In this document: positions 10,956-24,881 of the stretch, one piece after another
Position numbering within the stretch: position 1 is the stretch's first letter
Layout: every line of letters begins with the position of its first letter
Source: Octopus sinensis
Lineage: Eukaryota
Direction of reading: 5' to 3'
Length of the DNA stretch: 64,000 nt
Assembly: GCF_006345805.1 (NCBI RefSeq)
Contig: NC_043004.1
Span: 73,842,001-73,906,000 of the forward strand
The notes under the pieces: model-generated
Seen by the model: the letters and a program-made list of their open reading frames with translations, nothing else
The model's database searches: none
Told to the model about the DNA's origin: nothing
Program-made: the position numbers and the translations under genes

Positions 10956-13725
10956 ACACACACACACACACAGACCGTCTAATTCATTCTGACAACAAAG
11001 GAAAACGCTGAAATTTCTTCAATTTACCGCCAACTACCTTAAACAAAGGAACACATTCAATAAATAAAATGGAATGGTCACGGCTAGATTATTTTTATTT
11101 ACACTATATTATTTATTTATTTATTTATTTACTTAATTAGAGGTCTTCACGAGTCGAGTAAGGTTGGGTTTTTGAAACTTTGGTTCTTCCACGTTGAAAG
11201 AACATTCATTTCTTTGATTATCTGCGCTCGGGAAACAGGGAAAAATTAATTTCTAGGTTTCGAGACCTTCCTAAATTCCATTGTAGGGTCAAAAACTTCA
11301 GTTCATTCCTAGTTGAATGACAAATATTGTTTAAATTTTTGTTCGTTTTTCTTATTCTTGTTGTTTAGTTTTTCGTCTATTTTTATTCTTTTTCTTTCTA
11401 TTCCGCCAATTTTGAAATTCAAATCCTTCATCAAGCAACTTCGTTAAGTGATCCCTTCCTCCCGTTCACAGCCTGTCAAAAATATAAAAAGAAAAAGGAG
11501 CTTATAAAAACAACAAATATAAGAAAGGAAACACCACCATTACCCCCTGTTTCCACAACCACCCATCAAATGTCATGATAAGTTCTCTCTTCTCTTCTTT
11601 TTCACGCTTATTTTCTAACCAGACATGTGATCAATTAACATTATTCAAGAGAAGGATTCTTCAATACAGTTTTCCTGAATGCCAGCAAATTTCAAAGACA
11701 TCCGTCCCTAATCATTTTGCACGCATGGTTTTCATTAGTTTCCATTAGAGTTGAGATTTTGAAGGAGATGTGACGCTGGACAAACGAAAAACCGAAATTG
11801 ATTTAACGCATTCACACGTTATTATCAGTCTTAATCAAATTAAGCTCCCAATAGAAATCATTAAGAAATCTTGACCTAAATATCGTCCTTGTCTCGCATC
11901 AAACTACTACTTTCTTTCTTTCTTTCTTTCTTTCTTTTCTTTTGTTTTCTTTCTTTTCCTCCTTTCCACTTTGGTTTAACTTCTATTTATCCCTTCTTAC
12001 CAGTAACTGTCCACTTTAAAATCACAATTTCAATGAAACAAAAAAAGAGAGAGAGAAGAGACAGAAAAAGAAAGGGAAAATGCTTCACTTTTCAGTCGAA
12101 ACTAGGCGAGAAAACAGTGGTTTCCGCTATTCTCTCCCACCAACCTCTCCATCACAATTCCACTACACACACACACACACACACATGCACACACACACAC
12201 ACACACATACACACACACACACATACACACACAGTATTCACCAAACACAATTACTAAGACCAAGAAAGCGAGTATAATATTTCAAAGACTTGTGTATAAT
12301 ATAACATGTATGTCTCTGTATGTTCGTGTGTGAAAATGTGTTTATCTGTGTATTGTTCTGAATAATAGGTGTACAGCCGTGAAAACACGCGATTTCATTT
12401 CGTTTCTTTGTTGCTTTTTTGTTATGTGCTCCCGATAATAATGGTGTATATTCATAGTTATTTGTCGGTATAATAGTAGTTGTCGTCGTCGACGTCGTGA
12501 TATTCGTCGATCTTGTGGTGACGATGATAATGGTTATGATAACGAGCATCATCATCATCATCATAGTCATGACCAATGCCACCATCATCACCGCCACCGC
12601 TGCGCTTACCACCATGATTGACATCACTCAATGTTTACTGAAAAAATACTCTGTATTTCAGATGAAAATTTCAAAAAAAGAACTTCAATTTCGGAGCCAG
12701 CAGAGTGTAAATTAAGTAAGACCAGCTGGTCAAGCAAAAGGCGCCCAACAGCGAAATGGACATCAATGACAGCTATACCATTTCCAATTTGAAGCAGTTT
12801 ACATTCACGGGAATGTATATGGTGTTTTTCTAAGTCAAAATGTTATACTAGTTCAATGAAGCTAACATCCCACTTCAAACTGACCATTCACTCTGATTAT
12901 AAATCTCCTCTTCTTTCTTCTTTTCTTTTATTATATTTAAAGATCTTTTCTTTTTCTCTCTTGATATTTTCTTTCTCAGTTGAAACTCCATTTTGAATTA
13001 AAAGCAGATGTTTTCATTTTGTTTGGCGGTAGTAAGATTTTTTTAAAGCAAGCAAGATCTAGATAGAAGATTCGACATTTTAAATGAAAAGCGTTCCTTA
13101 TATCAAAGGGCAAAGAAATTAAACACTATAAATTTTACCTTTTACAAAATATTTTACTTCATTTTATGATTTTTTTTTCCTTTCTTTTAACTAATTCCTT
13201 TTATGAATTGAAATTCCATTTGAAATAAAAACAGATATTTTCACTTAAGGGATTTTTTGTGGCGAGATGGAATTTAAAGAAGACCCTGTATTTTACGATT
13301 GCGGGGGTAAATCGGAAGTTATACTGTTCCTGCATGTTACAAGAAAGCGGACAACATTTCTGAAGTCAAATGGTTTTAATCAGCTCTTGAAACCTTGGTC
13401 TGTCTTTGATGGTTTCATATACCTGGAAATCACATTTGTTAATCATCTCTACCACACACATATACACATATCTTCGATCTTTTACTGTAGTTAAATGAGA
13501 GCCAATGAGGAATCTTCCATATGATCAGTGAATCTGAACAAATAACAGGTAAATCTCTTTCAATTCACGCTCTACTGGGAACCTATTGAATAACGCAGGC
13601 AGAGTTAAAGTATGCCTGCAAAGGCAAAATGGTCGCATTTAACACTTCCTTGATTACAGATCTCCTCGGTCAAGCCTAACGGAGGTTAAAGCTCAACAAC
13701 AGCACATTTTCAAAATTTCTTCAAT

Positions 13726-14127
13726 AGGCGCAGGAGTGGCTGTGTGGTAAGTAGCTTGCTTACCAACCACATGGTTCCGGGTTCAGTCCCACAGCGTGGC
13801 ACTTCTACTATAGCCTCGGGCCGACCAAAGCCTTGTGAGTGGATTTGGTAGACGGAAACTGAAAGAAGCCCGTCGTATATATGTATATATATGTATGTGC
13901 ATGTGTGTTTGTGTGTCTGTGTTTGTCCCCCTAGCATTGCTTGACAACCGATGCTGGTATGTTTATGTTCCCGTCACTTAGCGGTTCGGCAAAAGAGACC
14001 AATAGAATAAGTCCTAGGCTTACAAAGAATAAGTCCCGGGGTCGAGTTGCTCGACTAAAGGCGGTGCTCCAGCATGGCCGCAGTCAAATGACTGAAACAA
14101 GTAAAAGAGTAAAAGAGTAAAGAGAGT
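13726..14127 (+). mobile_element. SINE family A, full length, young
   Basis: Complete tRNA head, body and (taaaagag)n tail. Confidence 0.92.
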
Positions 14128-14339
14128 AGCAATCTACTAACTCTCATACTTCAGCGTTCTCGGAGCTGTATATCAAAATCGCCTGTCCTTACAGGTGTTT
14201 GACTAGCATGTAGCTTCACTAAAAAAGCATAGATTTCTTGGTTTTTGTTCAGATAGATTTTCTTTGTTCAGTATTTTGCGGGGAAGAATAAATTGACATT
14301 TGATTGATTTGTCAAAATAGTCTTTATCGCCCTTTAGAA

Positions 14340-14573
14340 CACTGGATCTCAACCATAATTTAACCTATGGACCCCTTTGATCGCTTCTTTAATGGGATGG
14401 ACTCAAATAGCCCATTCAATGTTTTAAAAAATCATATATTTTTATCGTTAAATTATGTTAGGAATTGTTTTAAAAAGTAGTTAATATATTTTGTGTATTG
14501 TAGATGTATAAGCAATTTTTTGCACATAAATTTTGATAATAAAATCTTATATGGACCCCGGTTAAGAACCAGT
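14340..14573. mobile_element. hAT-type MITE
   Basis: Imperfect TIRs cactggatctcaacc / ggttaagaaccagt; degenerate 8-bp TSD ctttagaa / tttagag. Confidence 0.6.
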
Positions 14574-16519
14574 TTTAGAGTAACGAAGGCTTTTCGCTTT
14601 TTTTTTTTTCATTAAAGTATTATAGTTAGTCTTGGGTGCTATATTTCGCAGTTAAGTGTATCTCTGCATTAATTTATTTGTATATATCATCATTTGTCTT
14701 CGTTTTTGATTTTTCTGGAAGAATTCAATATATTATTGCAGAAGTTGTAGTTTTATCTTTGTTTATTTCTTATATAACTACTTAGTTTTGTCAGCCAATA
14801 CGCATATACTTTTAAAGTATTTTAGAGTCTTTAGTGTATGTAGAATATTATTGGTTCATTTTTTAGAATAGTAATTCTTCATTAAATAGAAAAGGTCTAT
14901 TTTTGTGGTGGTCACTTCTCGAGCAAATCTCATACCATGATTTGCTCGTATCGTCTTCGTATCTTTTTTTATCTTCAATGCAAAACGCATCCCTTTTTTA
15001 GAATTGTCGCACATTTCGTTTTCATAGTATTTTTTAACGTTGGTATTGAGATATTGGTATCAAGAAATGTATTTATTGTTTAGCTCTGGTTCACCCTTTG
15101 ATCAAAGATTTTTAAGTAGTAACCATTCTATCTTTTAGGAGTATCTAGAACTACGTCATCCAATGGGTTCTTCCCTTTTTTTAAATGACAGAGTAGGATT
15201 TGAGAGAGATTTGAACACTATTCCTTGCTATTCGATTACCCAAATTTTGTATCTGATATTTATTTTACATATCCAGGACGTAACTAAATACTTTAATATA
15301 TTTTGTCTCCAGATCTTAACATAATGGTCATGCGAAAAGAGACTACTTTAAATCATTTTCTTATTAATGGTGTGCCAAACTATTAATTTAGAATACATTC
15401 TTCCACTTTCTTGGAAGCATTCAAATCGTCACCACCGGTCTTAAGGTCTTCCAAAATGATTGTAGTAAATAAGGTGAGGAGTGGATAGATTACAACAATG
15501 CATAATTGTATGTTGTATATATATATAATCAAACAAAAGATTGTTAGTTCCTGTAGGATATAGATAATCTGTTGGAAAGATGTGATTGCCTGAAAATGTA
15601 AATGGTTTCTGATTGTAAATCTTGTTACATTAGACAAAAATTGTTTAAATATTGATATCGTTTTCTACTAATGAAAGAGAGAAGAGAGCCGTTAGTAAAC
15701 GTTGTCGGAGCCAATCATTGGTTTTCTGTTAAAGAAAAGGACTTTGGAAAACGAAAGCATCCTGCCAAGAGAGATGGAGTGTTAGGGAAGAGCATTTGAT
15801 GAAATCCGTCCTCGTGGGGTTTTTGTGTGGCGGGATTCTGAAACTCGAGAAGTGTTCTTCCTCTTATAAAGCGCATTTCATTTATGAGTAGCGACAACCA
15901 TTATTCTTCAATCAGTTCTTTTTATGAATAATGACGGATTGTGTCGAATTGGCACTGACGAATTCACCTGCTTGATCTGATCATAGTGTAGCTCTTGCAG
16001 GTTTTGTGTGGGGCAAAGATTCACCGATATTAATTTCATCTGTAATGTTGTGATCGTGGAGAAAGGCCTGTTAATGGCAGGGAAAGACCCACTGTGAAAG
16101 AACGAACGGCAGCTTGGAAAGGCAGCATGCAACAGTGTTAGGGCCCAAGCATTGAATCAACATGCTATTCAGAAGAGCTTGCTATATATCTGAACTAATC
16201 CTCCAATTTTTGCGTAGGGCAAAACATCTCCGTTGTTTATTTTGCCTTAACGATATACGAATATTATTTTTAAAAATGTGTTCATATATTATAAGTTGCT
16301 GTGATTTAGCAGACGAAATGAAGGAATCGACAAATTGAATGAAAGAATGTTGGAGAAGGTACCCGAAGACAAATCAAAAGATGTTACTCGCTTGCTTGCA
16401 TTGCTACTTGCTGAATCCTTACCTTCCTTTTGAACTTAAGTGATGAGAAAAACTCTAACAATGAGGCTCTGCTATCAATGTTATCGATTCTATCACTTCC
16501 ACATCACAGAAGAGTGAGA

Positions 16520-16749
16520 ATAGCTTTTAACTTTTATCTTTTACTGGTTTCAGTCTGATGACTGCGGCAATACTGGAGCACCACCTTGAAGGGTTAAGTC
16601 GAACGAATCGCCCCTAGAACTTATTTTTAAGTATGGTACTAACTCTGTCGATCTCGTTTGCCGAACTGTGAATAGATCCATACCGATAGTCAAGCGTTGG
16701 GGGAGATAAATACAAACACAATGTCATTCATACATATACATACATACAT

Positions 16750-16786
<37 letters not shown>

Positions 16787-16960
16787 TAAAACGCGCGCGC
16801 GACGGATTACCACAGTTTTCGTCAACCAAATCCCCTCACAAAGCATTCGTCGGCCCAGACCTACAGTAGAAGACATTTGTCCAATGTACCACGCTGTGGG
16901 ACTGAACCCCAAACCACATGATTACAAGGCGGGCTTCTTTACCACACAGTCATACCTAAA
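16520..16960 (-). mobile_element. Old SINE A-related copy
   Basis: Collinear head (gactgtgtggtaaagaag...ggttcagtcccac), body and tail, strongly diverged. Confidence 0.7.
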
Positions 16961-17698
16961 AAACAAATGTACGGGACATATATTTAAACAATTCTATTAC
17001 TGATCATGGTAAACATAGCCTTAACGTTAACAAGCGTAACTAAACAATATCACCATAAGCATCACCATCATCATTAACAACAACAACAATGTAGGTAAAA
17101 TAAAGAAAACAACAACAGCAAAAACATCAACAACAACTCAATTGATACTGACGTTTAAAAACATGAACAAACAACAAACAATGTTTTGATATTTGTAATC
17201 AAGTCGTATATTGTGTGTCAAGAATAACAGTGTCAGATACTTGTCAACGATTTCACTGACGATCTTCGCTAATAAATCTTATGATAGAAAATTTTAAATC
17301 TATTCCGTTTTCGTTTAGGAATATAGAGTCACAAGATATAACTCTTCGTCCATTAGCAGTTCCTGCTGCCAGGCTGTCTTTATTCTAGCATTTTGCGAAG
17401 GGGAGAAAAAAAACACGTTTCTATATAAACGGTTTGTAATAAATCATCGAACGAGTTCCAGTTTTGAACGCTTGGCCAGTGAATTTGACACTTGGAGTAA
17501 AATACTCATTCATCTTCTTCTTCTTCTCTTTCTTTTTCTTTCTTTCTTGTTTATCATCAGTTAATTTACTTCCCCGTTTATTAACCACGTCTTTTTGGTC
17601 AGTGCCAAATAAACATAACATTCTTGGATAAAACGCACGCACACACACACACACACACTGACGCATGTGCGCAGAGACACAGATGCATAAATGCATGG

Positions 17699-17736
<38 letters not shown>

Positions 17737-17854
17737 ACACACACACACACACGAATACACGAGCATGACATGTGAAAAAATTTCACTGAGATCACACTGT
17801 CTTGGTGCTTAAACTACACGCACATATATATCTGCGTGTGCGCCGTGTATATGA

Positions 17855-17930
<76 letters not shown>

Positions 17931-17944
17931 ATGTGTGTGTGTTG

Positions 17945-17975
<31 letters not shown>

Positions 17976-18304
17976 TGTGTGTACGCGCGCGCGCGTGTGT
18001 GTCTGTATGTATGTATAGAGAGAGAGGGGGGAGAGATAAAGATAGTGATAGAGGGAGGTATGTATTTTATGTATGTATGTGTGTATATATATTATTTAAA
18101 TTCGAGGGGAAGAGATTGCTGGTCAGTGTCGCTATGAAAAGTATACACAAATATACCATATGCATACACATAAATACAATGACTTTTAACGATAACTTAC
18201 ACAATACTATGTCCTAAACGCACGTTATATGTAAATCTTTAGTCAGACAGTATGGTGCTTATATACACAAATCCTGATCTATATAAATATCATACACCCA
18301 ACAT

Positions 18305-18526
18305 AGGCGGCGAGCTGGCAGAACCGTTAGCACGCCGGGCGAAATGCTTAGCAGTACTTCGTCTGTCTTTACGTTCTGAGTTCAAATTCTGCCGAGGTCG
18401 ACTATACCTTTCATCCTTTCAGGGTCGATAAATTAAGTACCAGTTGCGTATTGGAGTCGATCTTATCGACTGGCTCCTTCCCACAAAATTTTGGGCCTTG
18501 TGCCTAGAGTAGAAAAAATATATATT
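18305..18526 (+). mobile_element. SINE B (B2 tail) with 15-bp TSD
   Basis: TSD tcatacacccaacat at 18290-18304 and 18527-18541. Confidence 0.92.
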
Positions 18527-18714
18527 TCATACACCCAACATTTGTACAACAAGATTTCTCTTTATCGCTTGCTCGCTCTCCATATATATGTACAACACAG
18601 CGTAAATCAGAAAAACTGGAATAAATTTAAATATTACGAAACCTCACTGTGAAGAAAATAAGAAATGTAGGCACTTTTTTTATTGTGCTGTTATTATGCA
18701 GAAATAAGTAGAGT

Positions 18715-18965
18715 GAAGTTTCCTAACGGACTATTTTACTGTTTATTAACCGTTCCTCGGAGAAGACATACCAGACTTTTACCCTCAATCAATAGCAGAG
18801 AGCAGTCAGCCGCTTTAAGAAATCTGCATAAGGTGGAAGTAGATGTCTTCAAGAAGGAACTTACACATCTTTCTCTCCACAATAGCAGATGAACCAACAG
18901 CCCGACTTGAGGTGCTGACGAGGGCAGCGGAATCAAACTCCCTTATACACCAAATGGGTTAACAG
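18715..18965 (+). mobile_element. CR1/L2-group LINE 3' end fragment
   Basis: Remnant G..LF.CL..LRNLHKVEVDVFKKEL..L..I.DEP motif, typical of the ORF2 C-terminus of this group. Confidence 0.6.
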
Positions 18966-19617
18966 CTGGTGCAAAGGCACGTACAGGAGTAGTGATGTGA
19001 AACACTCCAGACTGGGAAAGACCATGGTGGTGCTCCAGTATGACCGCAGCCACATCGTTGAAAAGAGTAAACACAATGCAAATTCGAAGAACTAAAATAA
19101 ATTAAAACATTGCGAAGACCTGCTGTGAAAGAAATATGACCGTAACCACATTTCTATGCGATTCGTGGGCTAAAACAGAGGTGGAGGTCTCCTTAGGATC
19201 TCTTATTTCACTCTCATAGATTATGTAAACGTCATGCACACACAAACACAAGCATATATATTTTAACAATGCTATACAAGGAATAAAGAACACAAGCAAA
19301 CATATGGTTGCAATATAGAGTTTCAGAAAATACTATGTACATAAAACTGGTTTTAAGTTAGTGTCATACACACAAAACACCATTTATATGACGTAATTTA
19401 TTGGCGATTTAATTCGCTGTTCAATATACAGCTATATGTAGATCAAGTAAAGTCTTATTTAAATACGATATCCTGAAAATAAATTCTTTGAAATGTTTCA
19501 TACCTGATGTTTGCTAATATCATGCATATAATTTGTGATATATGTAAAATATTCTACGCATGGTTATATAACGATATAAAGTTTATCCATTTAATATCTG
19601 GTAGAGGTAACAAAAAT

Positions 19618-19800
19618 TATCCCTTCTGCTCTAGACGCAAGGTCTGAAGTTTCAGGAGGGGATTGGTCGATTACATCAACGCCAGTGCTCGGCTGGTACT
19701 TATTTCCTTGAACCCCGAAAGAGATAAAAGGAAAATTCGACCCCTGTGAAATTTGAACTCAGAACGTAGACTGATGAAATAGACGTAAACATTTTAGCAT
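19618..19800 (-). mobile_element. SINE B (old, B2 tail)
   Basis: Similarity to the 18305 copy. Confidence 0.65.
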
Positions 19801-19943
19801 TTAAAAGACAACAGTTCTATCGATTTCAGTGTGGATACAGATCGATAAGGAATCGAAATTAATACATTTTTGAAAGACCTTGCGATATTGTATGTGGAGC
19901 AGTCAGTCAATAATATTTTTATTTGAAGAATGTTAGCAGTAAT

Positions 19944-20121
19944 AGGCGTAGGAGTGGCTGTGTGGTAAGTAGCTTGCTTACGATCCACATGGTTCCGGGT
20001 TCAGTCCCACTGCATGGCACCTTGGGCAAGTGTCTTCTACTATAGCCTCGGGCCGACCAAGGTCTTGTGAGTGGATTTGGTAGACGGAAACTGAAAGAAG
20101 CCTTTCGTATATATGCATATG

Positions 20122-20160
<39 letters not shown>

Positions 20161-20361
20161 CTGTGTGTCTGTGTTTGTACCCCCAACATCGCTTGACAAC
20201 CGATACTAGTGTGTTTACGTCCCCGTAACGTAACGGTCGGCAAAAAAGACTGATAGAATAAATACTAGGTTTGCAAAGAATAAATCCTGGGGTCGATTTT
20301 GTCGACTAAAGGCGGTGCTCCAGCATGGCCACAGTCAAATGGCTGAAACAGGTAAAAGAGT
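19944..20361 (+). mobile_element. SINE family A, full length
   Basis: Head, body and tail as at 13726. Confidence 0.9.
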
Positions 20362-20784
20362 ACAGGGGTAACAACATCAATAACATAACAGCAGCAGCAG
20401 CTGAAGCATTCTACAGGAACATTGTTAGCGATATTGAAACTGGGAAGAAGTCAGCGAGAGTTGAAATGATAATAAATTGGGCGAATGTCCGAATGCCGCA
20501 ACGCTTAGGGTTTAACAAAAGAAGTAAACGGTCTTTAATAGTATATAATCCCTCTAACAACTAACCATTCACTAGCCACAGAGAGTAGCATTTTCAATTG
20601 TCAGCTAAGGGACGATTGTAAACTGTAAGATAGGTAGACAGACGCAGTGACACACAGATACTAAAGTTATGATGCCTATAATGAATATACTCTTTCACTC
20701 GTTTCAGTCATTTGACCTTTAGTCGAGCAAATCGACCCCAAATGGGAGTATCGAGAGCGAAACTACTCCCATCAATAGTAATAG

Positions 20785-20998
20785 TTTTTGTATTATAGGG
20801 ACAAGGCCTAAATTACTGGGAAACGGGTAGTTGATAACATCGATCCCAATGCTCAACTGATACTTGGTTTCATCGGACCCGAAAGGATGAAAGGCAAAGT
20901 CGACGACGGCGAAATTTGAACTCAAAACATAGCGACGGGCGAAAGACTGCTAAACATTTTGTCACGAGTGCTAACAATTCTGCCAGCTCACCGCCTTA
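20785..20998 (-). mobile_element. SINE B (B2 tail)
   Basis: Head taaggcggtgagctggcag on the minus strand; core and tail present. Confidence 0.8.
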
Positions 20999-21018
20999 AT
21001 AATGACGATAATAATAAT

Positions 21019-21411
21019 CCTTTCTACAAAACGCACAAGGCCTGACATTTTGAGGGAGAGGACTAGTCAATTACATCGATCCCATGTTTTCACTGGTTCT
21101 TAATTCATCGACCCCGAAAGGATGAAAGGCAAAGTCGACCTCGGTGGAATTTGAACCCAGAACGCGAAGACAGACGAAATACCTATTTCTTTATTACCCA
21201 CAAGGGGCTAAATACAGACAGGACAAACAAGGACAGACAAACGAATTAAGTCGATTATATCGACCCCAGCGCGTAACTGGTACTTATTTAATCGACCCCG
21301 AAAGGATGAAAGGCAAAGTCGACCTCGGCGGAATTTGAACTCAGAACGTATTAGCAGACGAAATACCGCTAAGTATTTCGCCCGGCGTGCTAACGATTCT
21401 GCCAGCTCGCC
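21019..21411 (-). mobile_element. SINE B1 joined to a headless B2
   Basis: B1 tail ...taataaagaaata|ggtatttcgtctg; junction at 21184/21183. Confidence 0.85.
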
Positions 21412-21435
21412 ATAATAATAATAATAATAATAATA

Positions 21436-21466
<31 letters not shown>

Positions 21467-21510
21467 GTAATAATGATAATAATAATGATGATGATAATAA
21501 TAAAAATAAC

Positions 21511-21553
<43 letters not shown>

Positions 21554-21615
21554 TAATAAATGTTATTATTATTATTATTATTATATTATTATTATTATTA
21601 TTATTATCATTATTT
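21412..21615. repeat. (AAT)n followed by inverted (ATT)n
   Basis: Direct inspection. Confidence 0.95.
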
Positions 21616-22455
21616 CATTATCATTGCCATCAGGGCCTTTTTAAATGACCAAAACGTGTTACAAATGGGTTTACCGAACTTGTGGGACGGGTGTGGGTGT
21701 AAATATAGTTATTAAAACGAGAAATTAACAGGAGTAGCAATACACACGCATACACACACACACACACACACACATGTACACATATACATAGATACATAGA
21801 TACGTACGTACGTATGTATGTATGTTATATTCTTACATACACAAGTGACCAGAAAATTTATCAATTATCACTTACTGGCGCTCTCTACCAGCACCAGCGC
21901 CACCTACACCACCACTACCACCACCACTGCCCCCACTACCCCCACCACGAGCAACCCCCATTCCCTGTTCTTCGCAAGCAAAAAATAATACATAAATTCG
22001 GATTGTGGGCGAGTGCCAAGGATGGGTTGGTTAAGTCTTCGGCTCTGAATTGACATCTTATTAGCTTCACTTTTCTTTTAGTCATTCCTGTCAGTCATCA
22101 GAAAAATCTACTCAAATTCCATAGTCATCTTATTGTTGTTGTTGTTGTTGTTGTTGTTGCTGACGTCGTCGTCGTCGTCGTCGTCGTTGTAACTGCAACA
22201 TAGATTTCTGCCTTAGACACATTCACACACACACACACACACACTTTACACACGTCTTCATATATGTATAAACATGTAGGCATATGTATTTATATTCACA
22301 TGTATTTATACACATACACGCATATATATATAACACACACACATTTATATACACACATACACACACATATATATATATACACACATACACACACATATAT
22401 ATACATACACACACACATATATATATATATACACATACACACACACATATATATG

Positions 22456-22488
<33 letters not shown>

Positions 22489-22489
22489 G

Positions 22490-22526
<37 letters not shown>

Positions 22527-22643
22527 GCACACACACACACACATATATATACACACATATACACACACATATACACACACACAATGCACTGTAACCTGAA
22601 AGTAAGTGTATCAAGAGCTATAGAACTATATACATTGTTGTTG

Positions 22644-22674
<31 letters not shown>

Positions 22675-22793
22675 CAGTTTCATCAATTAACTAATTCGTT
22701 CATTCATTGGTTTACAGATGAGAATGCAACAGGCACGTATATAAATTTACAAACAAACATAAAAAAAAATACGTGTAGGCAGCTACAGCATCA

Positions 22794-23122
22794 CCTCTGA
22801 ATAAGGTTTGCTTAAGGATGATGAACAAAACACTCCAGTTTCCAGAGGTGAATTATTCAAGCCTCAATGAATTCCTCTCAACACATGGCTATGGGTGCTC
22901 CCCAACGACTCCTGCTCGTGCTTTGAGAGGCACGTATCATCAGCCACTAAGGGACATGCTCAACTGATTAAGGTCAAGCAACTGACAATTATATATGTGG
23001 TTCTGAGCAGAGTATTTGTTGTAGGCCATCCTTTATACCAATACAAAACATGTACATGATAATACTTCCAATCAGTTAAGATCATAGGCCCTGGGAGCCA
23101 CTGCCTGGTACTGCATCAGGGC

Positions 23123-23125
<3 letters not shown>
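22794..23125 (-). mobile_element. Unclassified retroposon D, putative 5' portion
   Basis: Overlaps in sequence with 29831-30171 and 36004-36733; ends at catcagggcatt next to (ATT)n. Confidence 0.7.
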
Positions 23126-23167
<42 letters not shown>

Positions 23168-23177
23168 CATTATTATT

Positions 23178-23216
<39 letters not shown>

Positions 23217-23841
23217 CAGTAGTTTTATTTTTATAGCGTGCTTTCACTTCACTACCGAGCGCAGCTCTGTGTGCCTTAAGTATGTGCTGTGATTTGTTGT
23301 GGTGCTCTGATGGTTACTGTATTGAAAGTTGCTTTGCGTAGGATGTGTGCAGTGCCCAGTGGTGCAATTTTCTGTATGTTATATGTGTTTGTAAGTCCTG
23401 GTGTTTTTGTTATGTATTTGTCTGAATATTTTTTTATCATGCCTAATGCACCTACTATGATAGGAATTGTTTCTGTTTTTAGATTCCACATTCTAGTTAC
23501 CTCTAATTCCAGGTCTTTGTATTTTGAAAGTTTCTCCATTTCTTTTAGAGGCACGTTGTCATCTGCTGGTATTGATACATCAATTAGGAAGCATTTTTTT
23601 TCTTCATGATCTCTGACAACTATATCTGTTGGCCTTTATTTCTCTATCTGTGTGTATTGGCATATCCCAGAGTATGGTTGCTTTCTCGTTTTCTGTGAAC
23701 TTTTCTGGTGTGTGCTTTTACCATCTTTTTTCTGTTTTTATTCCATAATGTTGGCATAGCTTCCAGAGTATGTAGGTCCCAACTCTGTCGTGTCTGAATA
23801 TATTCCTTCTTAGCCAGGACTGGGCAGCCAGAGATAATATG

Positions 23842-23848
<7 letters not shown>
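23217..23848 (-). mobile_element. R4/Dong-like LINE, 5'-truncated (family a)
   Basis: Very similar to the 3' half of 26641-27889; runs from INHIISGC to the 3'UTR; (ATT/GTT)n on both flanks. Confidence 0.92.
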
Positions 23849-23893
<45 letters not shown>

Positions 23894-24815
23894 GAAAGCG
23901 CCAAGCTGGCAGAATCGTTAGCAGGCCGGGCAAAATGCTTAGCGGCATTTCGTCCGCTGCTACCTTCTGAGTTCAAATTCTGCTGAGGTCGACTTCGCCT
24001 TTCATCCTTTTGGGGTGGATAGATTAAGTAACAGTGAAACACTGGGGCCGATGTAATTGTCTCATCTCCGCCTCCAAAATTGCTGCCCTTTTGGCAAAAT
24101 TTGAAACCATTATTATTATTATTGAAGGCTGCGAGCTCGCAGAATCGTTAGCGCGCCGGACTAAATGCTTAGCGGCGTTTCGTCTGCCGTTACGTTCTGA
24201 GTTCAAATTCCACTGAGGTCGACTTTGCTTTTCATCCTTTCGGGGTCGATTAAATAAGTACCAGTTACACACTGGGTTCGATATAATCGACTTAATCCGT
24301 TTGTCTGTCCTTGTTTGTCCCCTCTGTGAGTAGCCCCTTGTGAGTAGTAAAGAAATAGGTATTTTGCCCGACTTCATGTTCTAAGTTTAGTTTCCGCTGA
24401 GGTCGAGTTTGCTTTTCAACCTTCCGAGGTCGATAAAATAAATATCAGCTGAGCACTGAGATCGATGTAATCGACTATCCAGCGCCCCCTAAACTTCAGA
24501 CCTTGTGCCAAAATTTGAAATCATTATTACTATTGTTGTTGTTGCTGTTGTCTTATCTTTATTGCGTGTTTTCACGGCATTATTGAGAGCAGCTCTGTGT
24601 TATGAATTGATTTGGTGCAGTGTTTTGTTGTATACATTGTTATTTTTAACTGAATAGAAAGTATTCAACGTCATATGTGTGCTTCCCAGTAATGGTATTT
24701 TCTGTACGTTACCCATATTTGTAACTCTAGGGGTTTTAGTCACGCATTTGTCTTCGTGTTCTTTATCATTCCCAAGGTACTTATAATAATAACAATAATA
24801 ATAATAATAATAATA

Positions 24816-24881
<66 letters not shown>
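23894..24881 (+). repeat. Tandem duplication, unit 1 (SINE B3 + B1/headless B + old R4 3' end)
   Basis: Identical ORFs 24024..24377 and 25011..25364, offset 987. Confidence 0.92.

Noticed and set aside
15745-15885. HDV-like ribozyme hint (TCCTCGTGG with a possible atgaaa/tttcat P2)
   Set aside because: P3 register is off by one, no GG for P1.1, and J4/2 is non-canonical
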